Origin: an uncultured Ulvibacter sp.
GTDB taxonomy: Bacteria > Bacteroidota > Bacteroidia > Flavobacteriales > Flavobacteriaceae
Length of the DNA: 64,000 nucleotides
Assembly (NCBI GenBank): GCA_963974915.1
Contig: CAXBES010000014.1
Span: forward strand, 49,633 to 113,632
Direction: 5' to 3'
The stretch's first letter is position 1, and each line of letters starts with the position of its first letter. Under the pieces are notes generated by a model, which had not been told where the DNA came from, did not search any database, and saw nothing but the letters and a program-made list of their open reading frames with translations. The translations under genes were made by a program, and so were the position numbers. Positions 1 to 10,477 of the stretch are shown here, one piece after another.

Positions 1-1259
1 TTCAATCTGCCCAAAAATTCACTAGTGACCATCCTAATGCCAGAGGTATCTTACTAGACGTATTTAATGATCCCCAGCGAAGAGAAGCCGTTTCAAATAG
101 TGATCTGGTAATTTCTATGCTTCCTGCAAGATTTCATATAGAGGTTGCTAAAGATTGTTTAGAGTTTGGTAAACATTTAGTTACAGCTTCTTATGTTAGT
201 GACCAGATGCAAGTTCTACATCCCAAAGTAAAATCGAAGGGGTTGGTATTTATGAACGAAATAGGTCTGGACCCGGGCATAGATCATATGAGTGCAATGC
301 AAGTGATAGATCGAATTAGAGAAAAGGGTGGTAAAATGCTCCTTTTCGAATCTTTTACCGGCGGGTTAATTGCACCCGAAAGTGACAATAACCTTTGGAA
401 CTACAAATTTACCTGGAACCCAAGAAACGTTGTACTTGCCGGTCAGGGAGGTGCTGCCGAATTTATTCAGGAAGGTAAATACAAATATATACCGTACCAC
501 AGACTCTTTAGAAGAACTGAGTTTATTGATGTGGAAGGCTACGGGAAATTTGAAGTCTATGCGAATAGAAATTCGTTAAAATATCAATCGGTGTATGGAC
601 TCAACGACATCTTAACATTGTATCGAGGAACCATTAGGCGAGTTGGTTTCAGCAAAGCGTGGAACATGTTCGTTCAGTTAGGAATGACAGATGATAGTTA
701 CAGCATGCCAGATACGGAAAATCTTTCATACCGGGATTTTGTAAATTCATTTCTACCATATTCTCCTACAGATTCGGTGGAGCTGAAATTACGACATAAC
801 CTACGCATAGATCAAGACGATCTGATGTGGGAAAAATTGCTGGATCTTGATATTTTTAATAGCGAAAAAACCATAGGAATAAAAGACGCAACCCCGGCTC
901 AAGCCCTTCAGAAGATACTAATGGACAAATGGACCTTAGATCAAGATGATAAAGATATGATCGTGATGTATCACAAATTTGGGTACGAACTAAACGGAAA
1001 AAAATATCAAATAGATAGTAATATGGTTTCCATAGGTGACGACCAAACCTATACTTCTATGGCCAAAACCGTAGGCTTGCCTGTCGCTATCGCTGCCATA
1101 AAAATTCTAAATGAAGAGATCGTGACACCGGGAGTTCAACTCCCAATTACGAAAGAAGTTTATGAGCCCATTTTAAAAGAGTTGGAAAAATACGGAATCA
1201 CTTTTAAAGAGAACGAAACCACCTATCTAGGGTACAATCCGGATAATGTAATAGGTTAA
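1..1259 (+). CDS. saccharopine dehydrogenase family oxidoreductase (5' end outside window)
   Basis: The frame stays open upstream of the first ATG at 117 back to base 3. Sequence is typical of the saccharopine dehydrogenase family (…SDLVISMLPARFHIEVAKDCLEFGKHLVTASYVS…). Confidence 0.7.
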   Translation, partial: QSAQKFTSDHPNARGILLDVFNDPQRREAVSNSDLVISMLPARFHIEVAKDCLEFGKHLVTASYVSDQMQVLHPKVKSKGLVFMNEIGLDPGIDHMSAMQVIDRIREKGGKMLLFESFTGGLIAPESDNNLWNYKFTWNPRNVVLAGQGGAAEFIQEGKYKYIPYHRLFRRTEFIDVEGYGKFEVYANRNSLKYQSVYGLNDILTLYRGTIRRVGFSKAWNMFVQLGMTDDSYSMPDTENLSYRDFVNSFLPYSPTDSVELKLRHNLRIDQDDLMWEKLLDLDIFNSEKTIGIKDATPAQALQKILMDKWTLDQDDKDMIVMYHKFGYELNGKKYQIDSNMVSIGDDQTYTSMAKTVGLPVAIAAIKILNEEIVTPGVQLPITKEVYEPILKELEKYGITFKENETTYLGYNPDNVIG

Positions 1260-1263
1260 GCTA

Positions 1264-1887
1264 ATGAATCGAAAAAACTGTTTAACCAGTTTAGTTTTTC
1301 TCTTGTCCTGCCTTATTCATGCTCAGGAGAAAAAGACATATTATTTCAATGAAGTCTCAGATAGAATTACTTCGGTAGAATTCAAAAATGGTATAAACTA
1401 TCAATTCAATCTTCCTAGAACCGTAGAAAATGACACGGCAGTTTTCAATCTTCTTATTGCTCGACAAAGTTATGGGCAATTGAATTCAGAAGAAAGAAAA
1501 CAATTTTTCCAATTGCTTGAGAAAACCACAAACAATAAAGTAGATACCTCCACGACGGTAATCATCAATTTTTTCCATGGGGGTGAAGGAAAAAGTATAA
1601 AACATCACACTCGCGACAGGCCTTATATATCAAAAACCAGGAAGATAAAAGAACTAACTCAGTTCTTCATTACTGAAAAAGGATATTTTTACAGTCATAG
1701 AAAGCCTCCCGTATTTGAAGATGCCTACGATATTATACGCCGTCTATTCTTTCCAATTCACTTTCGGGGTGGAAACTACCTAATCATAAAACCCGACGGA
1801 AGTTTTTATAGATATTACGGCGAATATCCACAATCCGAGATCATTCCGAAGGCATTATCTACTTGGAAAACAACCGTTAAAAACTAA
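1264..1887 (+). CDS. hypothetical secreted protein (N-terminal signal peptide)
   Basis: 207-aa ORF with a hydrophobic N-terminus; no recognisable domain. Confidence 0.45.
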   Translation: MNRKNCLTSLVFLLSCLIHAQEKKTYYFNEVSDRITSVEFKNGINYQFNLPRTVENDTAVFNLLIARQSYGQLNSEERKQFFQLLEKTTNNKVDTSTTVIINFFHGGEGKSIKHHTRDRPYISKTRKIKELTQFFITEKGYFYSHRKPPVFEDAYDIIRRLFFPIHFRGGNYLIIKPDGSFYRYYGEYPQSEIIPKALSTWKTTVKN

Positions 1888-1894
1888 TACGCCC

Positions 1895-2584
1895 TTATCT
1901 TCTCCCCAGAAATACCGTAATAAAGTAGAGTAGAGTGGCCAATGAGCCTAAGGCTGCGACTACATAGGTTCGTGCCGCCCATTTTAAAGCATCTTTAGCC
2001 CCGGCATGCTCTTGCTGAGTCACCATATTATTTTGCTCCAACCAGGCCAGCGCACGATTACTAGCATCAAACTCAACAGGAAGTGTGATAAAGGCAAATA
2101 CCGTAGTAACTGCAAAAAGCAGAATTCCTATTAAGAACAGCGTATTTCCAATAAGTGACCCTGTGGCTGATAAAACCAACCCTGCCATGATCACAAAATT
2201 TGATAATTTACTAGACACCCCTACGGCTGGCACGATAGCCGAACGCATCTTTAACCAGCTGTAAGCCGTTGCATGCTGAACTGCATGTCCGCATTCGTGC
2301 GCCGCAACAGCTGCAGCAGCTGCATTTCGCTGGTGGTAGACCGGCTCGCTTAAATTTACCGTTTTATTGGCAGGATTGTAATGATCTGTAAGTTGTCCGG
2401 CAACCGAAATAACCTGAACATCAGAAATTCCGTTATCGGCCAACATTTTTTCTGCGATCTCCTTGCCGCTCATGCCATTTTGTAGTTGAACCTTTGAGTA
2501 ATGCTTAAACTTGCTTTTCAGCTTATTGCTAACATACATGCTAACAAGAAAAATAGCACCTGCAATTATATAATATCCTATCAT
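1895..2584 (-). CDS. putative neutral zinc metallopeptidase (YugP-like membrane peptidase)
   Basis: HECGHAVQH zinc-binding motif, two TM segments, length about 230 aa. The ATG at 2584 is a more likely start than the TTG at 2599. Confidence 0.7.
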   Translation of the reverse strand: MIGYYIIAGAIFLVSMYVSNKLKSKFKHYSKVQLQNGMSGKEIAEKMLADNGISDVQVISVAGQLTDHYNPANKTVNLSEPVYHQRNAAAAAVAAHECGHAVQHATAYSWLKMRSAIVPAVGVSSKLSNFVIMAGLVLSATGSLIGNTLFLIGILLFAVTTVFAFITLPVEFDASNRALAWLEQNNMVTQQEHAGAKDALKWAARTYVVAALGSLATLLYFITVFLGRR

Positions 2585-2658
2585 AGTATAGCCCACCAAA
2601 GTGGGTGATTTTATTTATTATTTACTGAAACAAAATATAGCAAATACTGTGCAAATTT

Positions 2659-5517
2659 TTATCCGACTATATTTACGATCTTCCCGGGTACAATTATTAT
2701 CTTTTTAGGTGTTCTACCCTCCAAATAATGCTGGGTTTTCTCATTTGACATAACGGCAGTTTCTATGTCATCTTTACTCATATCTAATGGTAATTCGAGC
2801 GTAAAACGCATTTTTCCATTAAACGATATTGGATATTCTTTACTACTTTCTATAAGATGTTTTTCTTCAAACTTCGGAAAGGCCGCCGTTGCAATACTTC
2901 CCGAATGCCCTAACTTGTTATAAATTTCTTCGGCAATGTGAGGTGCGTAAGGAGAAATTAAAATGATCAAGGGTTCTAAGATCTCTCGGGCGGTACATTT
3001 TTGTGCCGAAAGTTCATTGACAGCGATCATAAATGTTGAAACAGAAGTATTAAAACTGAAATTCTCTATATCTTCCTCAACCTTTTTTATGGTCTTATGA
3101 AGCGTCTTAAGATTTTCCTTTGAAGCAGCCTCATCACTCACATTAAAAGTCTCATCTACCCCTGTATGGTACAACTTCCACAACTTTTTCAGAAAACTAT
3201 GCACCCCAGTAATTCCGGCGGTACTCCATGGTTTTGCCTGCTCCAACGGACCTAAGAACATCTCGTACATACGCAAGGTATCGGCTCCGTATTGCTTACA
3301 AATATCGTCCGGATTGACGACGTTGTATTTCGATTTCGACATTTTTTCAACTTCTCGTGTAACCTTAAAAGTTCCGTCCTCCTCGGTAATAAAAGTTGCG
3401 TCCTTAAAATCTTCCCGCCACTTCTTAAACCCTTCTATATCCAGTTCATTAGACGCATTTACCAAAGAAACATCTACATGAATAAGTCTTCCTGTGTAAT
3501 TGCCTGAAACTTTTTTGGAAACGATCAAATTATCTTCATCCGAAAGAAAAACAAACGCACTCTCTCCCAGTATCATTCCCTGATTGATCAACTTTTTAAA
3601 GGGTTCGTCTACTTTTAAAAATCCGCGATCGTACAAAAATTTTACCCAAAACCTACTGTATAAGAGGTGTCCGGTAGCATGTTCGCTTCCTCCTAAATAC
3701 AGATCTACATTTTCCCAATAATCCATGGCTTCTTCCGAAGCTAAAGCTTTATTATTATTAGGATCCATATACCTGAACATATAGCAGCTACTTCCTGCCC
3801 AGCCGGGCATAGTGTTCAACTCTAACGGGAATACAGTCTCCTGATCAATTAATTTATTGCTAACCACTTCGTTTTTTACAGTATCCCATGCCCAAACCTC
3901 GGCACGACCTAAAGGTGGTTCTCCGGTTTCGGTAGGTAAATATTTTTCAACTTCCGGAAGACGTAAGGGTAAATGTTCCAGAGCGATCATTTGCGGCATT
4001 CCTTTTTTGTAATATACGGGAAACGGCTCACCCCAATAGCGCTGACGAGAAAATACAGCGTCTCTAAGGCGATAGTTTATCTTTCCTTTCCCGGCGTTTT
4101 TACTTTCTAAGGCTTCAATTGCCTTTTGCGTTGCTTCTTTATAGTTAAGACCATTCAGGAAATCGCTATTTGCAATGATCGTTTTTTCTTTATCAGCAAA
4201 AGCTTCTTCCGAAATATCCACCCCTTCAAAAACATTGGGTATCGCTATTCCGAAGTGCTTTGCAAAATCATAATCACGTTGATCCCCGCAAGGAACACTC
4301 ATTACAGCACCGGTTCCGTAGCCAGCCAAAACATAATCGCCAATCCAAATAGGAATATCTTCGCCGGTAAAGGGATGTACAGCATACGAACCTGTAAACA
4401 CACCACTAATGGTTTTTACATCGGCCATACGCTCTCTTTCACTTCTTTTTGCAGTAGCCTCGATATACTTTCCAACATCAATTCGTTGCTCGATAGTTGT
4501 AAGTCGGTCAACAAGATCGTGTTCCGGGGCCAGCGTCATAAAACTCACTCCGAAAATAGTATCGGGACGGGTTGTAAATACTTCAATTACCTCATCCCCA
4601 TTCTTTACCTTAAAGTGAACACTTGCTCCTTTAGAGCGACCAATCCAGTTAGTTTGTGAGTCAATTAAAGGTTGCGGCCAGTCTATCGTTTCTAAACCAT
4701 CCAGCAAACGTTGAGCGTAAGATGTAATTCGCATGCTCCATTGTGTCATTTTTTTGCGTACTACAGGAAAGCCCCCGCGTTCTGAAACACCATTGACAAT
4801 TTCGTCGTTTGCGAGTACGGTTTTTAATTGCGGACACCAATTTACTTCAGTTTCGGCTAAATAAGTAAGTCGGTACTTTAGTAAAACTTTTTCTTTCTTT
4901 TCTTCGGAAAAAGAATTCCATTGTTCTGCGGTAAAAATAGATGTGTCTATTTCACAAGACGCATTAATCCCTTCATTCCCCTCTTCAGAAAAAACCTTTA
5001 CCAATTCAGAAATAGGCAGTGCCTTTTCGTGTGTTTTGCAATACCAGGACTCGAACAGTTGGATAAAGATCCATTGTGTCCACTTATAATAGGCAGGATC
5101 GGAAGTACGAAGCTCTCTATTCCAATCGAATGAGAAACCTATTTTATCCAGCTGTTTTCTATATCCTTCAATTTCATTCCCCAGATTATCGATTCCACCC
5201 TCAATATTCACTTTGGTGGTTTGCGCAGGATGCTGACCCGTTTGTATCGCATATTGTTCTGCCGGCAAACCGAAGCTGTCATAACCCATGGGATGAAGAA
5301 CGTTAAAACCTTTGTGGCGTTTATAGCGTGCATAAACGTCGCTCGCAATATAACCTAACGGATGTCCAACGTGAAGACCGGCACCTGAAGGGTATGGAAA
5401 CATATCCAACACATAGTACTTGGGCTTTTCACTGGAATTTTCGGCTTTGAACGTATTATTTTTGGACCAATACTCTTGCCATTTGGCTTCAATTTCGTTA
5501 AAATGGTAATTGCTCAT
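2659..5517 (-). CDS. leuS: leucine--tRNA ligase
   Basis: 952 aa with an HVGH-type class I motif (PYPSGAGLHVGHPLGY), a KMSKS motif and a LeuS-typical N-terminus. Confidence 0.97.
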   Translation of the reverse strand: MSNYHFNEIEAKWQEYWSKNNTFKAENSSEKPKYYVLDMFPYPSGAGLHVGHPLGYIASDVYARYKRHKGFNVLHPMGYDSFGLPAEQYAIQTGQHPAQTTKVNIEGGIDNLGNEIEGYRKQLDKIGFSFDWNRELRTSDPAYYKWTQWIFIQLFESWYCKTHEKALPISELVKVFSEEGNEGINASCEIDTSIFTAEQWNSFSEEKKEKVLLKYRLTYLAETEVNWCPQLKTVLANDEIVNGVSERGGFPVVRKKMTQWSMRITSYAQRLLDGLETIDWPQPLIDSQTNWIGRSKGASVHFKVKNGDEVIEVFTTRPDTIFGVSFMTLAPEHDLVDRLTTIEQRIDVGKYIEATAKRSERERMADVKTISGVFTGSYAVHPFTGEDIPIWIGDYVLAGYGTGAVMSVPCGDQRDYDFAKHFGIAIPNVFEGVDISEEAFADKEKTIIANSDFLNGLNYKEATQKAIEALESKNAGKGKINYRLRDAVFSRQRYWGEPFPVYYKKGMPQMIALEHLPLRLPEVEKYLPTETGEPPLGRAEVWAWDTVKNEVVSNKLIDQETVFPLELNTMPGWAGSSCYMFRYMDPNNNKALASEEAMDYWENVDLYLGGSEHATGHLLYSRFWVKFLYDRGFLKVDEPFKKLINQGMILGESAFVFLSDEDNLIVSKKVSGNYTGRLIHVDVSLVNASNELDIEGFKKWREDFKDATFITEEDGTFKVTREVEKMSKSKYNVVNPDDICKQYGADTLRMYEMFLGPLEQAKPWSTAGITGVHSFLKKLWKLYHTGVDETFNVSDEAASKENLKTLHKTIKKVEEDIENFSFNTSVSTFMIAVNELSAQKCTAREILEPLIILISPYAPHIAEEIYNKLGHSGSIATAAFPKFEEKHLIESSKEYPISFNGKMRFTLELPLDMSKDDIETAVMSNEKTQHYLEGRTPKKIIIVPGKIVNIVG

Positions 5518-5613
5518 GGAAATTTTTTCAGGTAAAACAGGAACTCTTTGGCGAGTGCTTCAGAATTTAGCGACAAATTTAACATTTCTTGAAAGAAGAA
5601 CTATTCTATCTAT

Positions 5614-6474
5614 TTAAAAATTTGGATGTAATAACTTTCCCGAATACAAAACCCAGATCATTGATAAAATCGCGGATATGTTCATTGCAATTCCGAAGAA
5701 CTTCATTTGCTCTAAGCTGTACGGATTTCCTTTAAAAATGAAAAATACATCTATAAGCAACCAAACCGAAAAAACAGCTAGAAACCCTGCAAGCACAAGA
5801 TCATCGAACCAAAAATACAGGATGAAGACTTCAGAAATAAGTAGAAACAACATCAAATACTTTGTCTTTCTTCTTCCAATAAGTGTTGCAGTAGTTCTTT
5901 TCTGCGCAGCCAGATCGGGTTCAATATCCATTATTTCACCTGCAATATGTGCCTGAAAAGCAAACAGCGACAAATAGACGATCGTTTGCCAAGGAAGCAT
6001 TTCCAGGTCATTCAACACAATGCTAAAGAAAGCTGTAAAAACATATCCAACCTGAATAAAGATTTCGAACGGAGGTCTCTCTTTAAATCTAAAAGGTCTA
6101 AAATTGTAGCTAATGTTTATCAGGATCATAAATAGCAGGAGGAAAAACATTTTCCAGCCCGCCAGCATTGTAAAAAGGATGAGAAAGGGAAATAAAACAA
6201 AGGTAATTCTCTTCGGAATTGTCGCCAATTCAGCTTTAGAATAATTAGCTCCAAATAAAAAGTTGCCCTTTCTCTTGTTTAAAATGTCTGCCGAAACATC
6301 GTTATAATCGTTTAATCCATACACCAAATAATTTAGCGGAAAGGTTACAAAGGTAAGCCCAAGCCAAAACACTGGGTTGTTCCAAAAACCAGATTCGATG
6401 GTAAACGGAACTAAATAGATCCAAATAGTGGGAAACCACAATCCAGGACGCGAAATCTTTAAATCCTTTAGCAA
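5614..6474 (-). CDS. UbiA-family prenyltransferase (integral membrane)
   Basis: Polytopic membrane protein with an NDxxDxxxD motif (GLNDYNDVSAD). Confidence 0.6.
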   Translation of the reverse strand: MLKDLKISRPGLWFPTIWIYLVPFTIESGFWNNPVFWLGLTFVTFPLNYLVYGLNDYNDVSADILNKRKGNFLFGANYSKAELATIPKRITFVLFPFLILFTMLAGWKMFFLLLFMILINISYNFRPFRFKERPPFEIFIQVGYVFTAFFSIVLNDLEMLPWQTIVYLSLFAFQAHIAGEIMDIEPDLAAQKRTTATLIGRRKTKYLMLFLLISEVFILYFWFDDLVLAGFLAVFSVWLLIDVFFIFKGNPYSLEQMKFFGIAMNISAILSMIWVLYSGKLLHPNF

Positions 6475-6554
6475 ATTTTTGATAAGGTTTCCATTATGAG
6501 TTCTATCAAATTTAATCTTATTATAACAATGTTCAAACTTTAAACGTTACATAC

Positions 6555-6583
6555 TTGCAGAAATAAAAATCATTGTATTTTTG
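6555..6583 (+). promoter_or_regulatory. putative Bacteroidetes sigmaA promoter (TTG-N18-TATTTTTG) for ftsX
   Basis: TTG at 6555-6557, an 18-nt spacer, and TAnnTTTG at 6576-6583, about 40 bp upstream of the ftsX ATG. Confidence 0.3.
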
Positions 6584-6622
6584 TTAAAGCAACGACGTTA
6601 AGCAAAGCACAACAGAAATTTT

Positions 6623-7501
6623 ATGGCTTCATCTTTTGAAAAGTATCAAAAACGCAGATTGATCTCTTCCTATTTCTCTGTGGTGATTAGTATCTCGTTG
6701 GTATTGTTCTTATTAGGTCTGTTAGGGCTTTTAGTTTTAAACACGAAGAAAGTCGCAGATCACTTTAAAGAAAAAATTGCGCTTACCGTATATTTGAAAG
6801 ACACGGCCAAAGAGGTTGAGATCACACAGTTAAAACAGAGTCTGGCTCTCGCTGAGTATACTAAGTCGGCTACATTTATATCTAAAGAGCAAGCTGCAGA
6901 AGAACACAGTGCAACTATTGGTGAGAATTTTATGGAATTCTTAGGCTATAATCCTCTGCAAAACAGTATTGATGTTTATTTGTTAGCAGATTATGTTTCA
7001 CCTTCTAAACTAGAAGAAATTACCAACGAAATAATTACCAAAGACTTTGTAGAAGAAGTAATATACGACAAGCCATTAATTGCGCTTCTCAATGATAACG
7101 TAAAAAAAATAAGCTTTTGGGTGTTAATTATAAGTGGATTATTCACTTTTATCGCTGTACTGCTCATAAACAGTTCTATAAGGCTTTCGGTATATGCAAA
7201 GCGCTTTACGATCAAAACAATGCAGATGGTTGGCGCAACCAAACGTTTTATACGACGTCCTTTTATATGGAAAAGCGTTAAACTAGGGGTTTTGGGTGCT
7301 ATTCTTGCCATGATAGGCATGGCAATCGTACTTTATTACCTAAACAAAACCTTCCCCGAATTGCAGTTACTAAAAGATAAAGTCTTACTCATTTTACTTT
7401 TTGCATTTATCTTTTGCATGGGGCTGTTTATTACCTGGATTAGTACGTTTTTCGCAACACAACGTTTTTTAAATCTACGTACCGATGAACTATACTATTA
7501 A
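6623..7501 (+). CDS. ftsX: cell division protein FtsX-like permease
   Basis: 292 aa with an N-terminal TM, extracellular domain and 3 C-terminal TMs. Conserved flavobacterial synteny with DUF3098, uppP and truB. Confidence 0.8.
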   Translation: MASSFEKYQKRRLISSYFSVVISISLVLFLLGLLGLLVLNTKKVADHFKEKIALTVYLKDTAKEVEITQLKQSLALAEYTKSATFISKEQAAEEHSATIGENFMEFLGYNPLQNSIDVYLLADYVSPSKLEEITNEIITKDFVEEVIYDKPLIALLNDNVKKISFWVLIISGLFTFIAVLLINSSIRLSVYAKRFTIKTMQMVGATKRFIRRPFIWKSVKLGVLGAILAMIGMAIVLYYLNKTFPELQLLKDKVLLILLFAFIFCMGLFITWISTFFATQRFLNLRTDELYY

Positions 7502-7856
7502 ACCAATTGCATTACTCTGTTTATTCGCCTTTCTTCTGAATGGCTGTATGATCGTTGATCCAAGGCCTGAAGATTGTGATATAAAAGAAATAACGGTTTC
7601 TAAAATTTCTGAAGGTGGTGTAAAAGATATCGTTTTTACTGAAGAGAATGGAGATTTCTATTACATTAATAGAGGGCTTGAACAAGGCTTAACTCTTGAA
7701 CAAATGGAGGAAAATGTTTTAAATAAAACTGTTACCTTGCACCTTCCAAGGATTATAACAGGAACTTCAAATCATATTGCACAATTAGAAATTAGCGGCG
7801 ATATTGTATTTACTGAGTTTTCGAACAAGTTGGAATCTGCTATATTAAAAGATTAA
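7485..7856 (+). CDS. hypothetical lipoprotein
   Basis: Signal peptide with a Cys (LLNGCM). Overlaps the ftsX 3' end by 17 nt. Confidence 0.45.
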   Translation: MNYTIKPIALLCLFAFLLNGCMIVDPRPEDCDIKEITVSKISEGGVKDIVFTEENGDFYYINRGLEQGLTLEQMEENVLNKTVTLHLPRIITGTSNHIAQLEISGDIVFTEFSNKLESAILKD

Positions 7857-7861
7857 AGATC

Positions 7862-8119
7862 ATGGGAGAGAAAAAACGCAAAGAGGCTATTACGAAGAAC
7901 TTTGTATTTGAGCGTAAAAACTACAAATTCATGCTTATAGGAATCGCTTTTATAGCCCTTGGCTTTATTTTAATGACTGGAGGTGGAAGCGATGACCCCA
8001 ATGTTTTTAATCCTGAAATCTACAGCTGGAGACGAATTAGATTAGCTCCCGCATTGATTCTCATTGGTTTTGGAATTGAAGTGTACGCAATTTTGTTGAA
8101 TCCCAACAAGGAAAAATAA
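7862..8119 (+). CDS. DUF3098-like small membrane protein
   Basis: 85 aa with two TM helices. This gene typically precedes uppP in Bacteroidota. Confidence 0.6.
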   Translation: MGEKKRKEAITKNFVFERKNYKFMLIGIAFIALGFILMTGGGSDDPNVFNPEIYSWRRIRLAPALILIGFGIEVYAILLNPNKEK

Positions 8120-8122
8120 TTA

Positions 8123-8917
8123 ATGGACAGTCTTGATGCGATTATCCTTGGTATCATTCAAGGGTTTACCGAATTCTTACCCGTTTCTTCCAGTGGTCAC
8201 CTGGAATTGGGCAAGGCTATTTTAGGCGACACATCCATTCCGGAGGAAAGCTTGCTCTTTACTGTTGTTTTACACTTTGCTACTGCGTTAAGCACTATTG
8301 TAGTTTTTAGAAAAGACATCCGGGAGATCTTAAACGGTTTATTCAAGTTTAAATGGAATGAGGAAACAAAATTCATCGTAAAGATCATTATTTCAATGCT
8401 TCCCGCCGCGATTGTTGGAATTCTTTTTGAAGAACAACTTGAAGCCTTCTTTGGAGGAAATATCGCCTTTGTAGGTTTTATGCTAATTATAACGGCTCTG
8501 CTACTCTGGCTCGCAGATAGAGCCAAAAACACCGGCAAGCCCGTTAGCTACAACAATGCATTTATAATTGGTATCTCCCAAGCAATAGCGATGCTTCCGG
8601 GAATCTCACGAAGCGGTGCCACTATTTCTACCTCCGTTTTATTAGGGAATGACAAAAGTAAGGCGGCTCGCTTTTCCTTTCTTATGGTTGTACCTTTAAT
8701 TTTCGGCAAGATCGCCAAAGATATTTTAAGTGGAGATCTGGCTTCCGAAACTGCTAATTTTACGACCCTCGGATTAGGTTTTGCAGCAGCATTTATTTGC
8801 GGACTTATTGCCTGTACCTGGATGATAAAACTCGTTAAAAACAGTAAACTTTCCTACTTTGCAATTTACTGCCTGGTCATCGGACTGGTCGCAATTGGAG
8901 TAGGACTTTACATCTAG
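8123..8917 (+). CDS. uppP: undecaprenyl-diphosphate phosphatase
   Basis: FLPVSSSGHL and PGISRSG motifs characteristic of BacA/UppP. Confidence 0.93.
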   Translation: MDSLDAIILGIIQGFTEFLPVSSSGHLELGKAILGDTSIPEESLLFTVVLHFATALSTIVVFRKDIREILNGLFKFKWNEETKFIVKIIISMLPAAIVGILFEEQLEAFFGGNIAFVGFMLIITALLLWLADRAKNTGKPVSYNNAFIIGISQAIAMLPGISRSGATISTSVLLGNDKSKAARFSFLMVVPLIFGKIAKDILSGDLASETANFTTLGLGFAAAFICGLIACTWMIKLVKNSKLSYFAIYCLVIGLVAIGVGLYI

Positions 8918-8920
8918 CCA

Positions 8921-9610
8921 ATGACAGCAGAGGATTTTAAAGAAGGGAAAGTATTGCTAATTGATAAACCATTGGAGTGGACTTCCTTTCAAGTGGTAAA
9001 TAAAGTAAGATGGTTGATCAAGAGGCGATTTCAGCTAAAAAAAATAAAGGTAGGGCATGCCGGAACTTTAGATCCATTAGCCAGCGGATTATTGATTTTA
9101 TGTACCGGTAAATTCACAAAGCAAATTGAAACCTTCCAGGCTCAAGAGAAAGAATACACAGGAACAATTACACTTGGAGCCACTACACCAAGTTATGATC
9201 TTGAAACTGAAATTGACAAAACTTTCAGTATTGAAGGGATTACTTCGGAAAAAATAATCGCTACAGCCAAGCTTTTCACCGGGGAGATACTTCAGCAACC
9301 TCCCGTATTTTCAGCATTAAAAAAAGAAGGAAAACGCTTATACGAATTTGCCAGGGCCGGTGAAAGAGTTGATATTCCGAAGAGAAAAATAACTGTCTCA
9401 ACATTCGAAATCACTAAAATTGACCTTCCCGAGATCAACTTCAGAGTGGCCTGTAGTAAAGGAACTTACATTCGCTCTTTAGCTCATGATTTTGGTAAAG
9501 CCTTAGACAACGGCGCTCACCTTTCGGCTTTAAGAAGAACTAAAATTGGAGAATTTAATGTTGAAAATGCAATTTCAATCACCACTTTCGAAGATCGATT
9601 AAGCGAGTAA
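8921..9610 (+). CDS. truB: tRNA pseudouridine(55) synthase
   Basis: HAGTLDPLASGLL catalytic motif. Confidence 0.93.
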   Translation: MTAEDFKEGKVLLIDKPLEWTSFQVVNKVRWLIKRRFQLKKIKVGHAGTLDPLASGLLILCTGKFTKQIETFQAQEKEYTGTITLGATTPSYDLETEIDKTFSIEGITSEKIIATAKLFTGEILQQPPVFSALKKEGKRLYEFARAGERVDIPKRKITVSTFEITKIDLPEINFRVACSKGTYIRSLAHDFGKALDNGAHLSALRRTKIGEFNVENAISITTFEDRLSE

Positions 9611-9703
9611 ATTAAAATGATAACACCGTTAAAACGTTCTTAATCAACTGTAAATTTTCTGTAGTTGTGTGTATTTTCGCAATAAATTTCGGTTATTGTA
9701 TAC

Positions 9704-10435
9704 ATGAATTTCAACTATTCGTATAGAGCTCTATTAATTACCTCTCTACTTTTTGGCATACTTTTCTTGTTAATGACGAGCATTAATTTATCTAAGTATA
9801 AAGAAAAAGCAGAGGAAATAATTGATGTAGATTATACCATCGATGAGAGTATTCTTGAAGAGGAAGAGCCCGAAGATCTTGCAACTATTACAAATCCAAG
9901 AATTAGTCCGGAAACTCACAGAGCCTTTAATGAAGCCGAAAAATTTATTCAGGAGATTGAACAGGAACGAGAAGAACTCTCCGAAACCACCGAAGGTAAA
10001 TTAGAGGCTATAGACGCCGCAATTGAAGACTCTCAAATTTCGAATACTGGGGACGGTGTGACTGCTGCTGAAAAAGCCAAAATTAAAAAAGATAAAGACA
10101 AATCGGAAGGCACCAAGAAAACAGAAAAAGTGGCGACTATTAGATCTTCCAATAGAAATAGTACGAATAGTTACCGACTAGTGAATAGAAGTGCAATATA
10201 TTTTCCAAATCCGGTATACACCTGCGAAGGAGGAGGTAAAGTTGTAATTTCCATAGAAGTAAACGAATTTGGCTCAGTTAAAAAAGCTTCTTATAATCAG
10301 CGTCAATCTACCACCAGAAATCAATGTTTAATAGATAGTGCCTTGGAATATGCAGTTCTGGCAAGGTTTACTACAGATGCATCAAGAGACAAGCAATTAG
10401 GCACTATTACCTATAATTTTCCGGGACAGAATTAA
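9704..10435 (+). CDS. TonB-family energy transducer-like protein
   Basis: N-terminal TM, acidic/lysine-rich linker, and a C-terminal TonB_C-like block (GGKVVISIEVNEFGSV…LIDSALEYAVLARF). Confidence 0.5.
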   Translation: MNFNYSYRALLITSLLFGILFLLMTSINLSKYKEKAEEIIDVDYTIDESILEEEEPEDLATITNPRISPETHRAFNEAEKFIQEIEQEREELSETTEGKLEAIDAAIEDSQISNTGDGVTAAEKAKIKKDKDKSEGTKKTEKVATIRSSNRNSTNSYRLVNRSAIYFPNPVYTCEGGGKVVISIEVNEFGSVKKASYNQRQSTTRNQCLIDSALEYAVLARFTTDASRDKQLGTITYNFPGQN

Positions 10436-10477
10436 TAGGAAGGTCTTATATTTTTTATCTTTAAGTTCTAAAGAAAA

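Noticed and set aside
2591-2610. Small CCCAC-caaa-GTGGG hairpin considered as the leuS terminator
   Set aside because: The stem is only 5 bp. It overlaps the start region of the peptidase gene and has no clear U-tract on the relevant strand.
3292-5306. Plus-strand ORFs (71-177 aa) inside leuS
   Set aside because: They are antisense to a highly conserved gene, have low-complexity composition and no motifs. Spurious.
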